A DNA stretch of 64,000 nt from an uncultured Actinomycetes bacterium (GCA_963709345.1 CAVPVX010000004.1:192001-256000); one strand, 5' to 3'. Counted from the first letter of the stretch, positions 50,899 to 60,820 are shown. Program-made: numbers and translations. Notes: generated by a model from the letters alone, not told the origin.

Positions 50899-52353
50899 CT
50901 ACTCGGCGAAGGCCTTGATGCAGACGTTGGCGTTCGGGGCGTTGTGGAGGAGACTTCTCCAGGTGGCGCCGTCGTGGCTCATGTAGCTCTCCCCCTGCCG
51001 CGCCGTCGCCCCCTTCTGCCAGGCGGCCGCGGGTCGCTCCACGGCCAGGGGGTGGGTCTCACCTGGGGAGTCCAGCTTGACCACGACCACGAACTGCTTG
51101 CCGCGGCGGGCTCGGAGCGCGGTGTCGAACTTCGTGGTGGTGTAGCCGGGGAGGGGAGTGACGCCGGTCGCGCGGAGCCTGAGGGAGCTGAACCGGCGGC
51201 CCGCCCAGACCTCGTAGCCGGTGTTGGCCGCGAGCGTGTAGAAGGCTGCGGCGACGATGGGCTCGTTCGCCTTCGCCGTGAAGCGGTTTGCGCCCCAGAC
51301 CCGACTGTCGCCGTAGCCCCAGTGGTCGGTGACCCCGAGCTTGTCGTGTTGGTAGTTGCGGCCGTAGTCACGCGTGCTGTTCACGACCGTGTAGGAAACG
51401 CAGCCGCCGTAGCCGCCGAGGTTCTGCTCGCGCGCGAATGAGGCGTCGTAGAAGGAGACCCAGAAGTTGCCTTCCTCACCGAAGGATGTGCCCCAGCTGT
51501 TGCGCACGAGGAAGGCCCCGTCGCCCGGCGGTGCGCCGTGGGCGCCGGTGAAGTGGGAGGCGGAGAAGGAGTCGTCCCATCCGACGATGTTGACCCCGTG
51601 GTTCTCACCGCGCTGATCGGGCAGGTAGTAGGCCGCGTGGTCGGCCGTGGAGCCCGCGGCCCCGTAGCCGTTGTAGGCGGCCATGCTCGAGTCCCAGTAC
51701 ATGCCCACGCTGAGCGCTCCGTTGTCGACGACCAGTTGCTTGACGAGGTCGTTGTCGAGAGGCCCGGTACGACCGGGGATCATCGCGACCCCCTGCACGT
51801 GCCTGCGCACGCGGCTCACCCTCGGCAGCGTCGGCGACGGATACGGGTCGTTGGCTTCGGTCACGGGGCCGGCCCAGCGGGCCAGGTACGCGATGGCCAT
51901 GAAGTCGTAGCCGCCCCAGTTGTAGCGCCAACTCCTCGAAGCGCCGAACCCGCTGCGCCCGACCATGTTGTCTTCGCTCAGGTCCCAGTTCCGCGTGGGG
52001 AGCAGCTTGGACTCGATGGCGGCGATGTTGGCGAAGGCCCAGCACGTGCCGTAGCTGCGCTGGTCTTTCACCTTGGTGACCCGACCCTGCTCGATGAGGC
52101 TGTAGGCTCCGGGCAGAGACGTCCTGGTCGTCCTGGCTCTGGCGATCGGGCCTACGTGCACGGCCACGGGGTTCGGCCTGCGGCCGAGCCCGGCCGTCAC
52201 GAGCGGATCGTGCAGCGCCTCGACGAAGGCGGGGTTCAGCTGTCCCGCCTCAGGCGCCGGCGAGGTCTCGGCCGCGCCGGCGGTCGCCGGCAGCGCGGCG
52301 ACGGCGAGGACGGCGAGTGAGGCCAGAAGCGCGACGGTGCTGCGAACTGTCAT
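50899..52353 (-). CDS. Secreted papain-family (C1A) cysteine peptidase with C-terminal lectin-like domain
   Basis: Signal peptide; KDQRSYGTCWAF, NHGVNIVGW, RNSWG; ends NVCIKAF. Confidence 0.9.
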   Translation of the reverse strand: MTVRSTVALLASLAVLAVAALPATAGAAETSPAPEAGQLNPAFVEALHDPLVTAGLGRRPNPVAVHVGPIARARTTRTSLPGAYSLIEQGRVTKVKDQRSYGTCWAFANIAAIESKLLPTRNWDLSEDNMVGRSGFGASRSWRYNWGGYDFMAIAYLARWAGPVTEANDPYPSPTLPRVSRVRRHVQGVAMIPGRTGPLDNDLVKQLVVDNGALSVGMYWDSSMAAYNGYGAAGSTADHAAYYLPDQRGENHGVNIVGWDDSFSASHFTGAHGAPPGDGAFLVRNSWGTSFGEEGNFWVSFYDASFAREQNLGGYGGCVSYTVVNSTRDYGRNYQHDKLGVTDHWGYGDSRVWGANRFTAKANEPIVAAAFYTLAANTGYEVWAGRRFSSLRLRATGVTPLPGYTTTKFDTALRARRGKQFVVVVKLDSPGETHPLAVERPAAAWQKGATARQGESYMSHDGATWRSLLHNAPNANVCIKAFAE

Positions 52354-52659
52354 GGGGAACCCTCTTCGTCGTCGGTCGAGATCCGCGGGCCGGCCGCATG
52401 GCCACTGCGTGCGCCTGCCTCCAATGGTAGCGTCCGGGGCGTGCGACCGCACCCCTCCGGGCGCGTTTGCCGGCGCAGGCTCACTGCGCCGCGGCGGTCT
52501 CGCGCCCCGAAAAGGGCCGCCCTCGCCCTCGGCTCCGGGCCCAGAGCCCAGGCGCGCTGGGTTCCCATCCCTAGACGAAGGACTCAGTCTGACGATCCCG
52601 GGAGTGTCGATAATAGGTGTGATATCTCCACACGCGTCCCAGGGAACGGGGGCACCACC

Positions 52660-53643
52660 ATGAAGGCAATCGCGGCATCACCCGGCAGGTCGCAACGGGG
52701 CTTCTCGATGATCGAGTTGCTGATCGTCATCATCATCATCGGCATCCTCGCGGCCGTGGCCTTCCCCGTGTACGCGGCGCAGCGCGACAACGCCAAGGAC
52801 GCCGCCGCAAAGGAGGGTGTCCACATCATCCAGAACGGCGTCATGACCTACGCCGTCGACCATCACGGAGCGTACCCGTCCACCGAGTACGTCACGTACA
52901 CGCCGACCGACGAGTTCGCCGACAATCTCGGCAACACGTACCTGGACACCTGGCCGCGGAATCCGTGGACCGGCCAGCCCATGGCCAACACCGGCAGCAA
53001 CGTGCTCTTCAATACCGACTTCGACAACATGAGCGGGCTGACGCCGCTGCAGGGTGCCTGGAAGATCGTCGACGGGCAGCTCGTGGCTCCGGTCAGCGGC
53101 GGGCGCCTCGCGTTCGGTGATACGGGCTGGACAGACGTGCAGATCGACGTGAACGCGACTTTGGGCAGCGGACCCGGGTACGGCGTCTACTTCCGCTCCG
53201 ACGGCGCAGTGAACATCAGCGGCTACTGCTTCCAGTATGACCCCGGCCTCGGCAACAAGTTCGTCGTCCGCAAGGTCGTGGCGGGCAAGGAGTCGGCGCC
53301 GATCGCGTCCGCGTCCATGCCGGCCGGATTCACCATCTACGGCACGCCTCACGACGTCAGCATCTCTGCGGTCGGCGACCACATCGTGGCCAAGGTCGAC
53401 GGCAAGGTCGTCCTCGACTTCCGCGACAGCACCTTCACGAGCGGCAGCGCCGGGCTGCGTTCGTGGTACGGCACCACCGTGGGCTTCATCAGCGCCAAGG
53501 CGCTCGGCGGCAGCGGCGCCGCGGGCTCGGGTGACCCCAGCAAGGGCAACTTTGCCTACGCCTACGGGTCCGACAACACGAGCTACGGCCTCGTCGGCTG
53601 GCTCGCCGGCGACAAGGCTTTCGTGGTCCAAGGGCTGCAGTAG
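52660..53643 (+). CDS. Type IV pilin-like protein with inserted beta-sandwich domain
   Basis: Prepilin motif RG/FSMIELLIVIIIIGILAAVAFP. Confidence 0.85.
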   Translation: MKAIAASPGRSQRGFSMIELLIVIIIIGILAAVAFPVYAAQRDNAKDAAAKEGVHIIQNGVMTYAVDHHGAYPSTEYVTYTPTDEFADNLGNTYLDTWPRNPWTGQPMANTGSNVLFNTDFDNMSGLTPLQGAWKIVDGQLVAPVSGGRLAFGDTGWTDVQIDVNATLGSGPGYGVYFRSDGAVNISGYCFQYDPGLGNKFVVRKVVAGKESAPIASASMPAGFTIYGTPHDVSISAVGDHIVAKVDGKVVLDFRDSTFTSGSAGLRSWYGTTVGFISAKALGGSGAAGSGDPSKGNFAYAYGSDNTSYGLVGWLAGDKAFVVQGLQ

Positions 53644-53735
53644 GTCTACCGCGCCGCCACCCGCGCGTACCTGCTCAATCTGAAGGAGCGCCGAGTGGAT
53701 TCCTGCTCGCTGTTCGTCATTGGGGCGCCGCGCTG

Positions 53736-53765
53736 TTGACTCCGTCGCAAGGCCGTGCCTAGTCT
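53736..53765 (+). promoter_or_regulatory. Sigma70-like promoter
   Basis: TTGACT (53736-41), 18 bp, TAGTCT (53760-65). Confidence 0.55.
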
Positions 53766-53771
53766 GCGGCC

Positions 53772-53867
53772 ATGAGCCCCTGGCACGGCATCCACGACAC
53801 CTGGCGCCGGCCGCGCGGCTGGACGGGCTGCGCCGTCGGTCCCGCGATCCCTCCCGACGGCGTCTGA
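53772..53867 (+). CDS. Putative leaderless leader peptide (31 aa)
   Basis: ATG 6 nt after -10; MSPWHGIHDTWRRPRGWTGCAVGPAIPPDGV; stop lies in hairpin gacggcgtc-t-gacgccgtc. Confidence 0.45.
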   Translation: MSPWHGIHDTWRRPRGWTGCAVGPAIPPDGV

Positions 53868-53933
53868 CGCCGTCCCCGCGGCGACGCTTCTGGTGAACGC
53901 CGCCGCTTCACGCTACTCCGGAGGGTGGTCCCC

Positions 53934-55364
53934 ATGACTTCGACCTACACCGACCGACACGCGACCAGTGACGCAGGGGCGCTGCACGCGCTGCGCGACG
54001 CCATCCCGGCGCCCTTCTGGCTGGACGATCCGGGCGCGCCGCCGGCGGCGCCGGCGCTCACCGGCGCCGACAGCTGCGATCTCGCCGTCGTCGGCGCCGG
54101 CTTCACCGGCCTCTGGGCCGCCCTGCAGGCCAAGGAGCGCGACCCCGGCGCCGACGTCGTCGTCCTCGACGCCGGGGTCGTCGCCGGCCAGGCCAGCGGC
54201 CGTAACGGCGGCATCTGCATGGCGTCGCTCACGCACGGCGTGGCCCAGGGCGCCGAGCTGTTCCCGCGCGAGGAGCGCAAGCTGATCGACCTCGGTATGG
54301 AGAACCTGGACGCGATCGAGGAGACCGTCGCCCGGCACGGCATCGAGTGCGGCTGGGAGCGCACCGGAGAGCTCGACATCGCGAGCGCGCCGTGGCAGGT
54401 CGAGGGCCTGCGCGAGGAGCGCGATCACTACGCCAGGGTAGGACTCAGTCACGAGTGGCTGGACCGGGACGCCATGCAGGCCGACATCCGTTCGCCGCTG
54501 TATCACGCCGGCCTGTGGCACCACGACGCCGCCATCCTCAATCCCGCCCGTCTGGCCTGGGGTCTCGCCCGGGTGTGCGCCGAACTGGGCGTGCGGTTCT
54601 ACGAGCGCACGCCTGTCTCGGGGCTCTCGCGATCCGGCCCCGGCGTCGAAGTGCGCGCGCCGTGGGGCACGCTGCGCGCACGGCGCGCCATCCTCGCGAC
54701 GAACGCGTTCCGGCCGCTCCTGCGGCGGCTGCGCCTGCACGTCGTCCCCGTCTACGACTACGCGCTCATGACCGAACCGCTGTCGCCGGAGCGGCTCGAG
54801 GCCATCGGCTGGTCGCGTCGGCAGGCGCTCGCCGACGCCGGCTACCTCTTCCACTACTACCGGCTCACGGAGGACCGGCGCATACTCTGGGGCGGCTGGG
54901 ACGCCTTCTATCACTACGGCAATCGCATCGCTCCCGGGCTCGAGGACCGTCCCGATATGTACGCCAAGCTCGCGCGGCACTTCTTCGCCACGTTCCCGCA
55001 ACTCGAGGGCCTGCGCTTCACGCATCGCTGGGCGGGAGTCATCGACACGTGCTCCCGCTTCTGCCAGTTCTGGGGGACCGCGCTCGACGGCCGCGTCTCC
55101 TACGTGCTCGGGTACACGGGCCTCGGGGTCGCCGCATCACGCTTCGGCGCGCGCGTCGCACTCGACCTCGTCGGCGACTCGCCGACCGAGCTCACGCGGC
55201 TCGACTTCGTCAGGTCGCGCCCGCTGCCGTTCCCGCCGGAGCCCTTGCGCTTCCCGCTGATCGAGGTCACGCGGCGCTCGACGGTCGGAGCGGAGGCCCG
55301 CGACGGCCGGCGCAACCTGTGGCTCCGGACGCTCGACCGCTTCGGCGTCGGCTTCGACTCCTAG
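53934..55364 (+). CDS. FAD-dependent oxidoreductase, DadA/PuuB (gamma-glutamylputrescine oxidase-like) family
   Basis: VVGAGFTGLW, ASGRNGG, FHYYRLT, RWAGVID, GYTGLGV, PFPPEP, GFDS. Confidence 0.88.
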   Translation: MTSTYTDRHATSDAGALHALRDAIPAPFWLDDPGAPPAAPALTGADSCDLAVVGAGFTGLWAALQAKERDPGADVVVLDAGVVAGQASGRNGGICMASLTHGVAQGAELFPREERKLIDLGMENLDAIEETVARHGIECGWERTGELDIASAPWQVEGLREERDHYARVGLSHEWLDRDAMQADIRSPLYHAGLWHHDAAILNPARLAWGLARVCAELGVRFYERTPVSGLSRSGPGVEVRAPWGTLRARRAILATNAFRPLLRRLRLHVVPVYDYALMTEPLSPERLEAIGWSRRQALADAGYLFHYYRLTEDRRILWGGWDAFYHYGNRIAPGLEDRPDMYAKLARHFFATFPQLEGLRFTHRWAGVIDTCSRFCQFWGTALDGRVSYVLGYTGLGVAASRFGARVALDLVGDSPTELTRLDFVRSRPLPFPPEPLRFPLIEVTRRSTVGAEARDGRRNLWLRTLDRFGVGFDS

Positions 55365-55462
55365 CTGCATCCGTGAACGACGCCGGCCGGGGTCTTCTTC
55401 TGGTCGCATGCCGGCGCCGGAGCCGCGATAGACTCTCGCCGTCCAGCGAATCGGGGAGGAGC

Positions 55463-56893
55463 ATGGGCGTCGGCACATCGAGCTCTCTTCGGCGGGTCCT
55501 CGAGACAGTCGGCGTCGGCGCGGTCTTCTATGTCGCGGCGCTCGTGGGTCTGCGAGTCGGCCTTCCGGGAACGTCGGCGTCTCCCGTGTGGATCGCCGCC
55601 GGCGTCTCCCTGGCGGGAGCGCTGCTGTTCGGTCGGCACGTGCTCGTGGGGGTCTTCGTGGCCGCGGTCCTGGCGGAGAGCACGGTCAACTCCGTGCCCT
55701 TGGCGTTCGCGCTCGCGGCGGCCAACGTGGTCGAACCGCTCATCGCGGCGACTGCGCTGCAGCGGCTCTCAAGGGATCGCTGCGACCTGCTTCACGGCAG
55801 AGATACCGCCGTGCTGCTCGTCTTCGGAGCCGGGATAGGCACCGCGGTCAGCGCCACCATCGGCGCCGTCGCCCTGGGCGTTGCGCTGGATCTCGACGCC
55901 GCGACCGTGTCGCTCAACTGGTTCACCTGGTGGCTGGGAGACGTCGGCGGGCTCCTGCTCGTGGCTCCCCTGATCGTCTATCTGGCGCGTCAGCCGTACG
56001 CCTGGCCTGGTTGGCCCCGGGTCGTCGAGGGCGTGCTGCTCGTGTGCGGCACTGCGGCGATCGGGCTTGTGGCGTTGACGGGACTGGTGGACAGGGTCTG
56101 GGCGCTTCCGGCGCAGTCCCTCATCATGGTGCTGATCATCTGGACGGCGTTCAGTCTCGGGCCGCTGGTCTCGATGCTCTCGCTCAACATCGTGGCCGTC
56201 GTGACCGTGATCGCGGCTGTGCGGATGCGAGGCCCCTTCGTCGACTCCGGCCTGAACACGACCCTGCTCAGCCTGCAGGCGGCGATGTGCAGTCTGGCCG
56301 TCGCCGTCCTCATCCTCGCCACGCTGGTGGAGCAGCGCAAGGAGGCGATCCAGGCCGCGGAGACCGGTCGCGCGGAGCTCGAGGTGAAGGTCCTCGAGAG
56401 GACTGCGCAATTGCAGGAGCTTGCGACCCACGACGAGCTCACGGGACTGGTGAACCGGCGGGCTTTCGGCGCCCTGCTCGCGCAGGCCGTCCGCCGGGCG
56501 CGGCGTGGGCACGTCTCCGCGCTGCTGTACGGCGACCTGGACGGCTTCAAGGCGTTCAACGACGCGCATGGACATGCCGAAGGGGACCGGGCGCTCGTGG
56601 GCGTCGCGATCATCCTGCGCAAGGAGGCGCGTGACGCCGACGCGGTGGCGCGTCTCGGCGGCGACGAATTCGCCGTGCTTCTTGACGGCGCAAGCGCCTC
56701 GGGGGCGGCGGTCGCTCGCGATCGCATCACCGGGAGAGTCGCCGCGCTGGGCGCCGAGATGGGAAGCGGGCTTGGAGTGAGTATCGGGATCGCCCCTGTC
56801 GACGGTCGCCTCGAGGAGGACGGGCTGCTCGCTGCCGCCGACGCGGCGATGTACGCGGTCAAGGCGGCTGCGGGCCGGCCGGCCGCCCAGTAA
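55463..56893 (+). CDS. MASE1-GGDEF diguanylate cyclase
   Basis: SPVW, WWLGD membrane domain; DELTGLVNRR, DLDGFKAFND, RDAD I-site, ARLGGDEF. Confidence 0.9.
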   Translation: MGVGTSSSLRRVLETVGVGAVFYVAALVGLRVGLPGTSASPVWIAAGVSLAGALLFGRHVLVGVFVAAVLAESTVNSVPLAFALAAANVVEPLIAATALQRLSRDRCDLLHGRDTAVLLVFGAGIGTAVSATIGAVALGVALDLDAATVSLNWFTWWLGDVGGLLLVAPLIVYLARQPYAWPGWPRVVEGVLLVCGTAAIGLVALTGLVDRVWALPAQSLIMVLIIWTAFSLGPLVSMLSLNIVAVVTVIAAVRMRGPFVDSGLNTTLLSLQAAMCSLAVAVLILATLVEQRKEAIQAAETGRAELEVKVLERTAQLQELATHDELTGLVNRRAFGALLAQAVRRARRGHVSALLYGDLDGFKAFNDAHGHAEGDRALVGVAIILRKEARDADAVARLGGDEFAVLLDGASASGAAVARDRITGRVAALGAEMGSGLGVSIGIAPVDGRLEEDGLLAAADAAMYAVKAAAGRPAAQ

Positions 56894-56909
56894 CCCACTG
56901 GCGACGCCT

Positions 56910-58301
56910 TCAGCCGTAGAGTCCGGCCACCGCCTCCTCGAACACCTCACTGTGGCGGTCGACGTCCGCCGCCGACGTGGCCGGGCACATGAGCGCCATG
57001 TTGTGGAACGGCGTCATGAAGATGCCGCGATTGATCGTGTAGAGGTGCAGGTACTCCTCGAGCGGGCCGTCGTGAGCGGCGCGCGACTCGCCGCCGGTGC
57101 GCGGGATCGACGGACAGAAGCGATACTCCGCGCGGGCTCCAAGCTGCACGACCACCCACGGGACGCGGTGTGCGTCGATGACGCCCTGCACGCCGTTGGC
57201 GTAGCGGGTGGCCAGCGCGATCATGTGCGCGTAGCTCTCGTCCGTCAGCACCTGCTCGAGCGCGGCGCGCGCGGCCGCCGAGGCGAGCGCGTTGCCGGCG
57301 AGCGTTCCGCCCACCCCACCCTGGTCGACGAGGTCGGCCGCGGGGTCGCCCAGGATTCGGCCGGCGAGTTCCTCTGTGACGCCGTAGGCGCCCATCGGCA
57401 CGCCGCCAGCGATGGCTTTGCCGATAGTGACGACGTCCGGACGCAGTCCGAGGGCGCGGGTGCAACCGCCGACCCCCGCGCTGATCGTGTGCGTCTCGTC
57501 GTTGATGAGGAGGGTGCCGGTCTGGTCACACAGGTCACGCACCCTGTCCAGAAACCCGGGTGCAGGCGGTACGATGCCGATGTTGGTCATGACCGGCTCC
57601 ATGAGTACGCAGGCGACGTCGCGAGGTTCGAGGGCCGATCTCAGCGCGTCCACATCGTTGAACTCGACGACCTTCGTGGTCTGGGCAGGATCGACCTGCG
57701 GCCCGACGTTGCCCGGCTTGGCCTGCGCCGCGCCGCCCGCTCCGGTCACCACGATCGTCTCGTCCACGCTGCCGTGGTAGCACTCGCTGAAGACGAGGAC
57801 ATAGGGACGCCGCTGCACCTGCCGGCACAGGCGCAGGACCCAGCGGTTGGCGTCGGTCGCGGTCAGTGAGAACTGCCAATAGGGCAGTCCGAAGCGGCGC
57901 TGCAGTTCGGCTCCGACGAAGGCGGCGTCCTCCGTCGGCAGCATGGTCGTGATGCCCCCGAGGTCGCTGAGTCTCCTTTGGACGGCGCGCACGACGGCGT
58001 CGGGCGAGTGGCCGGTCATCGCGCCGGTGTCACCGAGGCAGAAGTCGATGTACGTGTGGCCGTCGACGTCGGTGATGCGGTTGCCGCGCGCCTCCGCGAA
58101 GTACAACGGGTGGTCGCCGATGAGCATGCTCATCCAGCTCATCGGGACGCCGGCCAGCAGCGTGCCGGCCGCTTGCCGGAAGAGGTCTCGCGAGCGCGGG
58201 TGCGCGGTGGCGTAGGCGGCGCGCTCGCGGGTGATAAGCGAGCGCAGCCGCTCACGATCGATGACGCGTGTCTCACGGGCTTCCGCGGGGATGACTGCCA
58301 T
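56910..58301 (-). CDS. Class III aminotransferase (GSA-aminomutase-like)
   Basis: GVPMSW, DVDGHTYID, YHG, EPVMTN, DETHT, GKAIAGG, GGTLAGN. Confidence 0.88.
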   Translation of the reverse strand: MAVIPAEARETRVIDRERLRSLITRERAAYATAHPRSRDLFRQAAGTLLAGVPMSWMSMLIGDHPLYFAEARGNRITDVDGHTYIDFCLGDTGAMTGHSPDAVVRAVQRRLSDLGGITTMLPTEDAAFVGAELQRRFGLPYWQFSLTATDANRWVLRLCRQVQRRPYVLVFSECYHGSVDETIVVTGAGGAAQAKPGNVGPQVDPAQTTKVVEFNDVDALRSALEPRDVACVLMEPVMTNIGIVPPAPGFLDRVRDLCDQTGTLLINDETHTISAGVGGCTRALGLRPDVVTIGKAIAGGVPMGAYGVTEELAGRILGDPAADLVDQGGVGGTLAGNALASAAARAALEQVLTDESYAHMIALATRYANGVQGVIDAHRVPWVVVQLGARAEYRFCPSIPRTGGESRAAHDGPLEEYLHLYTINRGIFMTPFHNMALMCPATSAADVDRHSEVFEEAVAGLYG

Positions 58302-58367
58302 GGGGTCCCTCCTGGGGTGGTCCGGCCGACTCGGCCGGCGAGAGGACGACGCGGGTCGAGGGTATCA

Positions 58368-58383
58368 TTGACTGAACAGTCAT
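58368..58383. promoter_or_regulatory. TetR/BetI-like palindromic operator TGACTG-AA-CAGTCA
   Basis: Perfect 6-bp arms in an AT-rich patch about 70 bp upstream of the aminotransferase start. Confidence 0.5.
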
Positions 58384-58446
58384 GCAATCATGTAGACTGG
58401 GGGTGTCCTCGCGGCGGCATCCCGTCTCCCGCTCGCTTCTCGTGAG

Positions 58447-59163
58447 CTAATGCCCGCAGTGGCAGTATCGCTCGAGGCCGAGGATGGTCGCGGCCGCCGC
58501 CACGGTGACGCCGTAGAACACGACCGGCTTGCCGCCGTCGACGAGTCCGGTGATCGAGCCGTTGACGAGCGTCGATCCCGTGGCGAAGACGACGTCGCAC
58601 CAGCGGAGCGCGTCCGCCGTGTTCTCCGGCGGCTCCACGGTGACGCCACCGACGGTCGATCCGATGTTGTCGGGGTCCAGATCGACGGCGCGGATCTCGG
58701 CCGCCGCCGCGAGGGTCTCCAGGAACCGCGGCTGCTGGCCGACGAGGAGAACACGACCGCGGCCCGCGAGCGTCTCCATGAGGTGTCCGGCGCACTCCTT
58801 CGGCTCGGCGTCTCTACAGTGAACGGTGCCGTCGCACAAGCCCAGGTGGCGGTAGACGGCGTTGAGCCCCGCGACGAAGCTCGCGCGGCTCGCGTCGCTG
58901 TCGAGGACGATGCGTGGCAGTTCCTCAACGAAGTAGTCGGCGTTCGCGTAGGCGCCGGCGAAGGCCTGTCCACGGGCGCCTTCGAACGCGGCTTCGACCA
59001 TCACCTCCTTGCCCTTGAGGATCGGGTAGTCCGTGTGTTCCGGGTCGCCGATGGCCTCGGCCGGCGTGAGCGCCCGGCAGGTGATGCTGATCCTGCGGCC
59101 CGCGAGACCGTTGCTCTCCACGGTCGCGGCGAAGGCGTCCCTCAGAGTGCTGTACACGTCCAT
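58447..59163 (-). CDS. DUF364-like Rossmann-fold protein
   Basis: EAIGDP...YPILKGKE, GQAF, HC...PKEC, DLDPDN, ATGSTLVNG, FYGVT, ends YCHCGH. Confidence 0.7.
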   Translation of the reverse strand: MDVYSTLRDAFAATVESNGLAGRRISITCRALTPAEAIGDPEHTDYPILKGKEVMVEAAFEGARGQAFAGAYANADYFVEELPRIVLDSDASRASFVAGLNAVYRHLGLCDGTVHCRDAEPKECAGHLMETLAGRGRVLLVGQQPRFLETLAAAAEIRAVDLDPDNIGSTVGGVTVEPPENTADALRWCDVVFATGSTLVNGSITGLVDGGKPVVFYGVTVAAAATILGLERYCHCGH

Positions 59164-59206
59164 CTTCTGTGACTCCCTTCGTCTGACGGGCATGACGGTT
59201 CCGGCG

Positions 59207-59698
59207 TCACTCCGGAGGCATGAAGCCGTTGGCCTGCAGGACGCGCCGGCCTGCGGCGGAGAACACCAGGTCGACGAACGCCGCCGCGCCGCGGACCTGA
59301 GCACAGCCGCCGACGACCGCGATGGGGAACGACTCGATCACGTTCTGGTCGTCGCGGATGACGACGCCGTCGATCCTGCCCCTGGCCGCCGTGAGCTCAC
59401 TGACCCAGGCCACCCCGGCGTCGGCCTCTCCCATCGCGATCTTGGTCACCACACCCTTGATAGTGTCCTCGAGCGACACGGGCTCCACGCTGATGCCCTA
59501 CGCGGCGAGCATCCGGTCGGCACACGCGCCGCCTGGCAGGTTGGGCTCGCCCAGAACGACCTTGAGCTCCGGGTCGGCGAGATCGCTGAGGCACGTGACG
59601 CCGCAGGGGTTGCCCGGCTCCACGATGATCGCCATCGTGTTGCGGGCGAACACGCGCGGCGTGCCGACGAGGTCCGGGCGTTTCCGCGTCGGGCCCAC
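59207..59698 (-). pseudogene. modA: Molybdate-binding protein relic (5' missing, in-frame TAG at 59498-59500)
   Basis: FARNTMAIIVEPGNP, GEADAG, QNV..FPIAV, GRRVLQANGF. Confidence 0.7.
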
Positions 59699-59941
59699 GA
59701 CGGCGCCTGCGCGCGCCGTCCCACGGTCTGTCCGTGGTACGGCCCGGCACCCGTAGCGAACGCCGTAGGGTGACGGGCTTGGAGACGGCGCCGAGTATCT
59801 CCGGGGGCTTCGGTCAAGTCAATCTGGCGGGTGGTCCTTGCGGCGGCTCGGCAACGGGATAGAGTTGGGCGTACTGTCGTCCGGGCGGTCCGGTGGGGGC
59901 CGCGATCCGGCGCGCTGGCGCGAAGAAGGGAGGGAGTGGCG

Positions 59942-60547
59942 GTGAGACGCGAGGAGTGGGCGAAGCAGCGACGCCGCGAGATGCTCGCCGCCTACTACCA
60001 GGTGCTCAAGGCCGAGGGGCTGCAGGGCGCGTCGCTCGCCAAGATCGCGAAGCTCATCGACGCGCCGCCCAGTCTGCTCATCCACTATTTCGGTACCAAG
60101 GAGCAGATGACGATCGAGCTGGTCGACTACCTGCTCGAGGAGTATCGCCAGGGGTACGGAGACAGGCTCGCCGCGATCGCCGATCCGCGCGAGCGCCTTG
60201 CCGCGATCCTCGACACCTTCTTCGACGCGGAGTACCACCAACTGCTCGACGACAGCGTCTTCTACGCCTGCTTCTACATCAGCCTGCGGCATGCCGCGGT
60301 GCGCAAGAGCTTCGCCGCCCTGTACGAGACATCCCTGGAGCTGGTCGAGACCACGCTCGCGGACTGCATGGTCGCGGGGTACGTCCGGGTCGACGACGCC
60401 CACGAGCTCGCGGTCGCGGTGAAGGCCCTGGAAGAAGGCTACGCCTTCCTCATCGGCGGTGGCGCCGACGAAGACGCCAAGGCCGAGATCGGGACCGCGC
60501 TCAGGAAGCGCGCGCTTCAGCTGCTCGGCCTCCCCGCTCCCGCCTGA
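59942..60547 (+). CDS. TetR-family (BetI-like) regulator
   Basis: GLQGASLAKIA...LLIHYFGTKE HTH; PRERL. Confidence 0.88.
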   Translation: MRREEWAKQRRREMLAAYYQVLKAEGLQGASLAKIAKLIDAPPSLLIHYFGTKEQMTIELVDYLLEEYRQGYGDRLAAIADPRERLAAILDTFFDAEYHQLLDDSVFYACFYISLRHAAVRKSFAALYETSLELVETTLADCMVAGYVRVDDAHELAVAVKALEEGYAFLIGGGADEDAKAEIGTALRKRALQLLGLPAPA

Positions 60548-60820
60548 GGCGTCCGGACAGCACGGGCGCCTGCCTCCGCGTGCCTCATGAAGGGACGCCG
60601 TACCCATCCCGCTCGGGAAGCCCGCCGCCGACGATTTCGCCAGTGGTCGACCGACGGCGTCGCCCCGCCTGCGGGGCGACGCCGGTACGGCAAATGCTCA
60701 AGAACGGGTCGGGCGTTGCCGAAACAGTCAACGCTGGTGGAGATGCACTGCAGGGGGTTGCGACGTCGGGGGCGGTCGGCGGATGTCGGGCCTCACGGGA
60801 GAAGTCCATGGAGGTGTGAT

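Noticed and set aside
52617-52633. CRP-like site gtgtgatatctccacac upstream of the pilin
   Set aside because: Spacing and right half-site do not fit TGTGA-N6-TCACA; too weak
59498-59500. In-frame TAG in modA as possible pyrrolysine or readthrough
   Set aside because: Gene is also 5' truncated, no pyl genes are in the window, and a simple nonsense change explains it
60655-60760. Hairpin plus GGCAAA/GAAA resembling a c-di-GMP-I riboswitch before the chagasin lipoprotein
   Set aside because: The P2/P3 architecture could not be assembled; the 14-bp hairpin is more simply a terminator for the TetR gene
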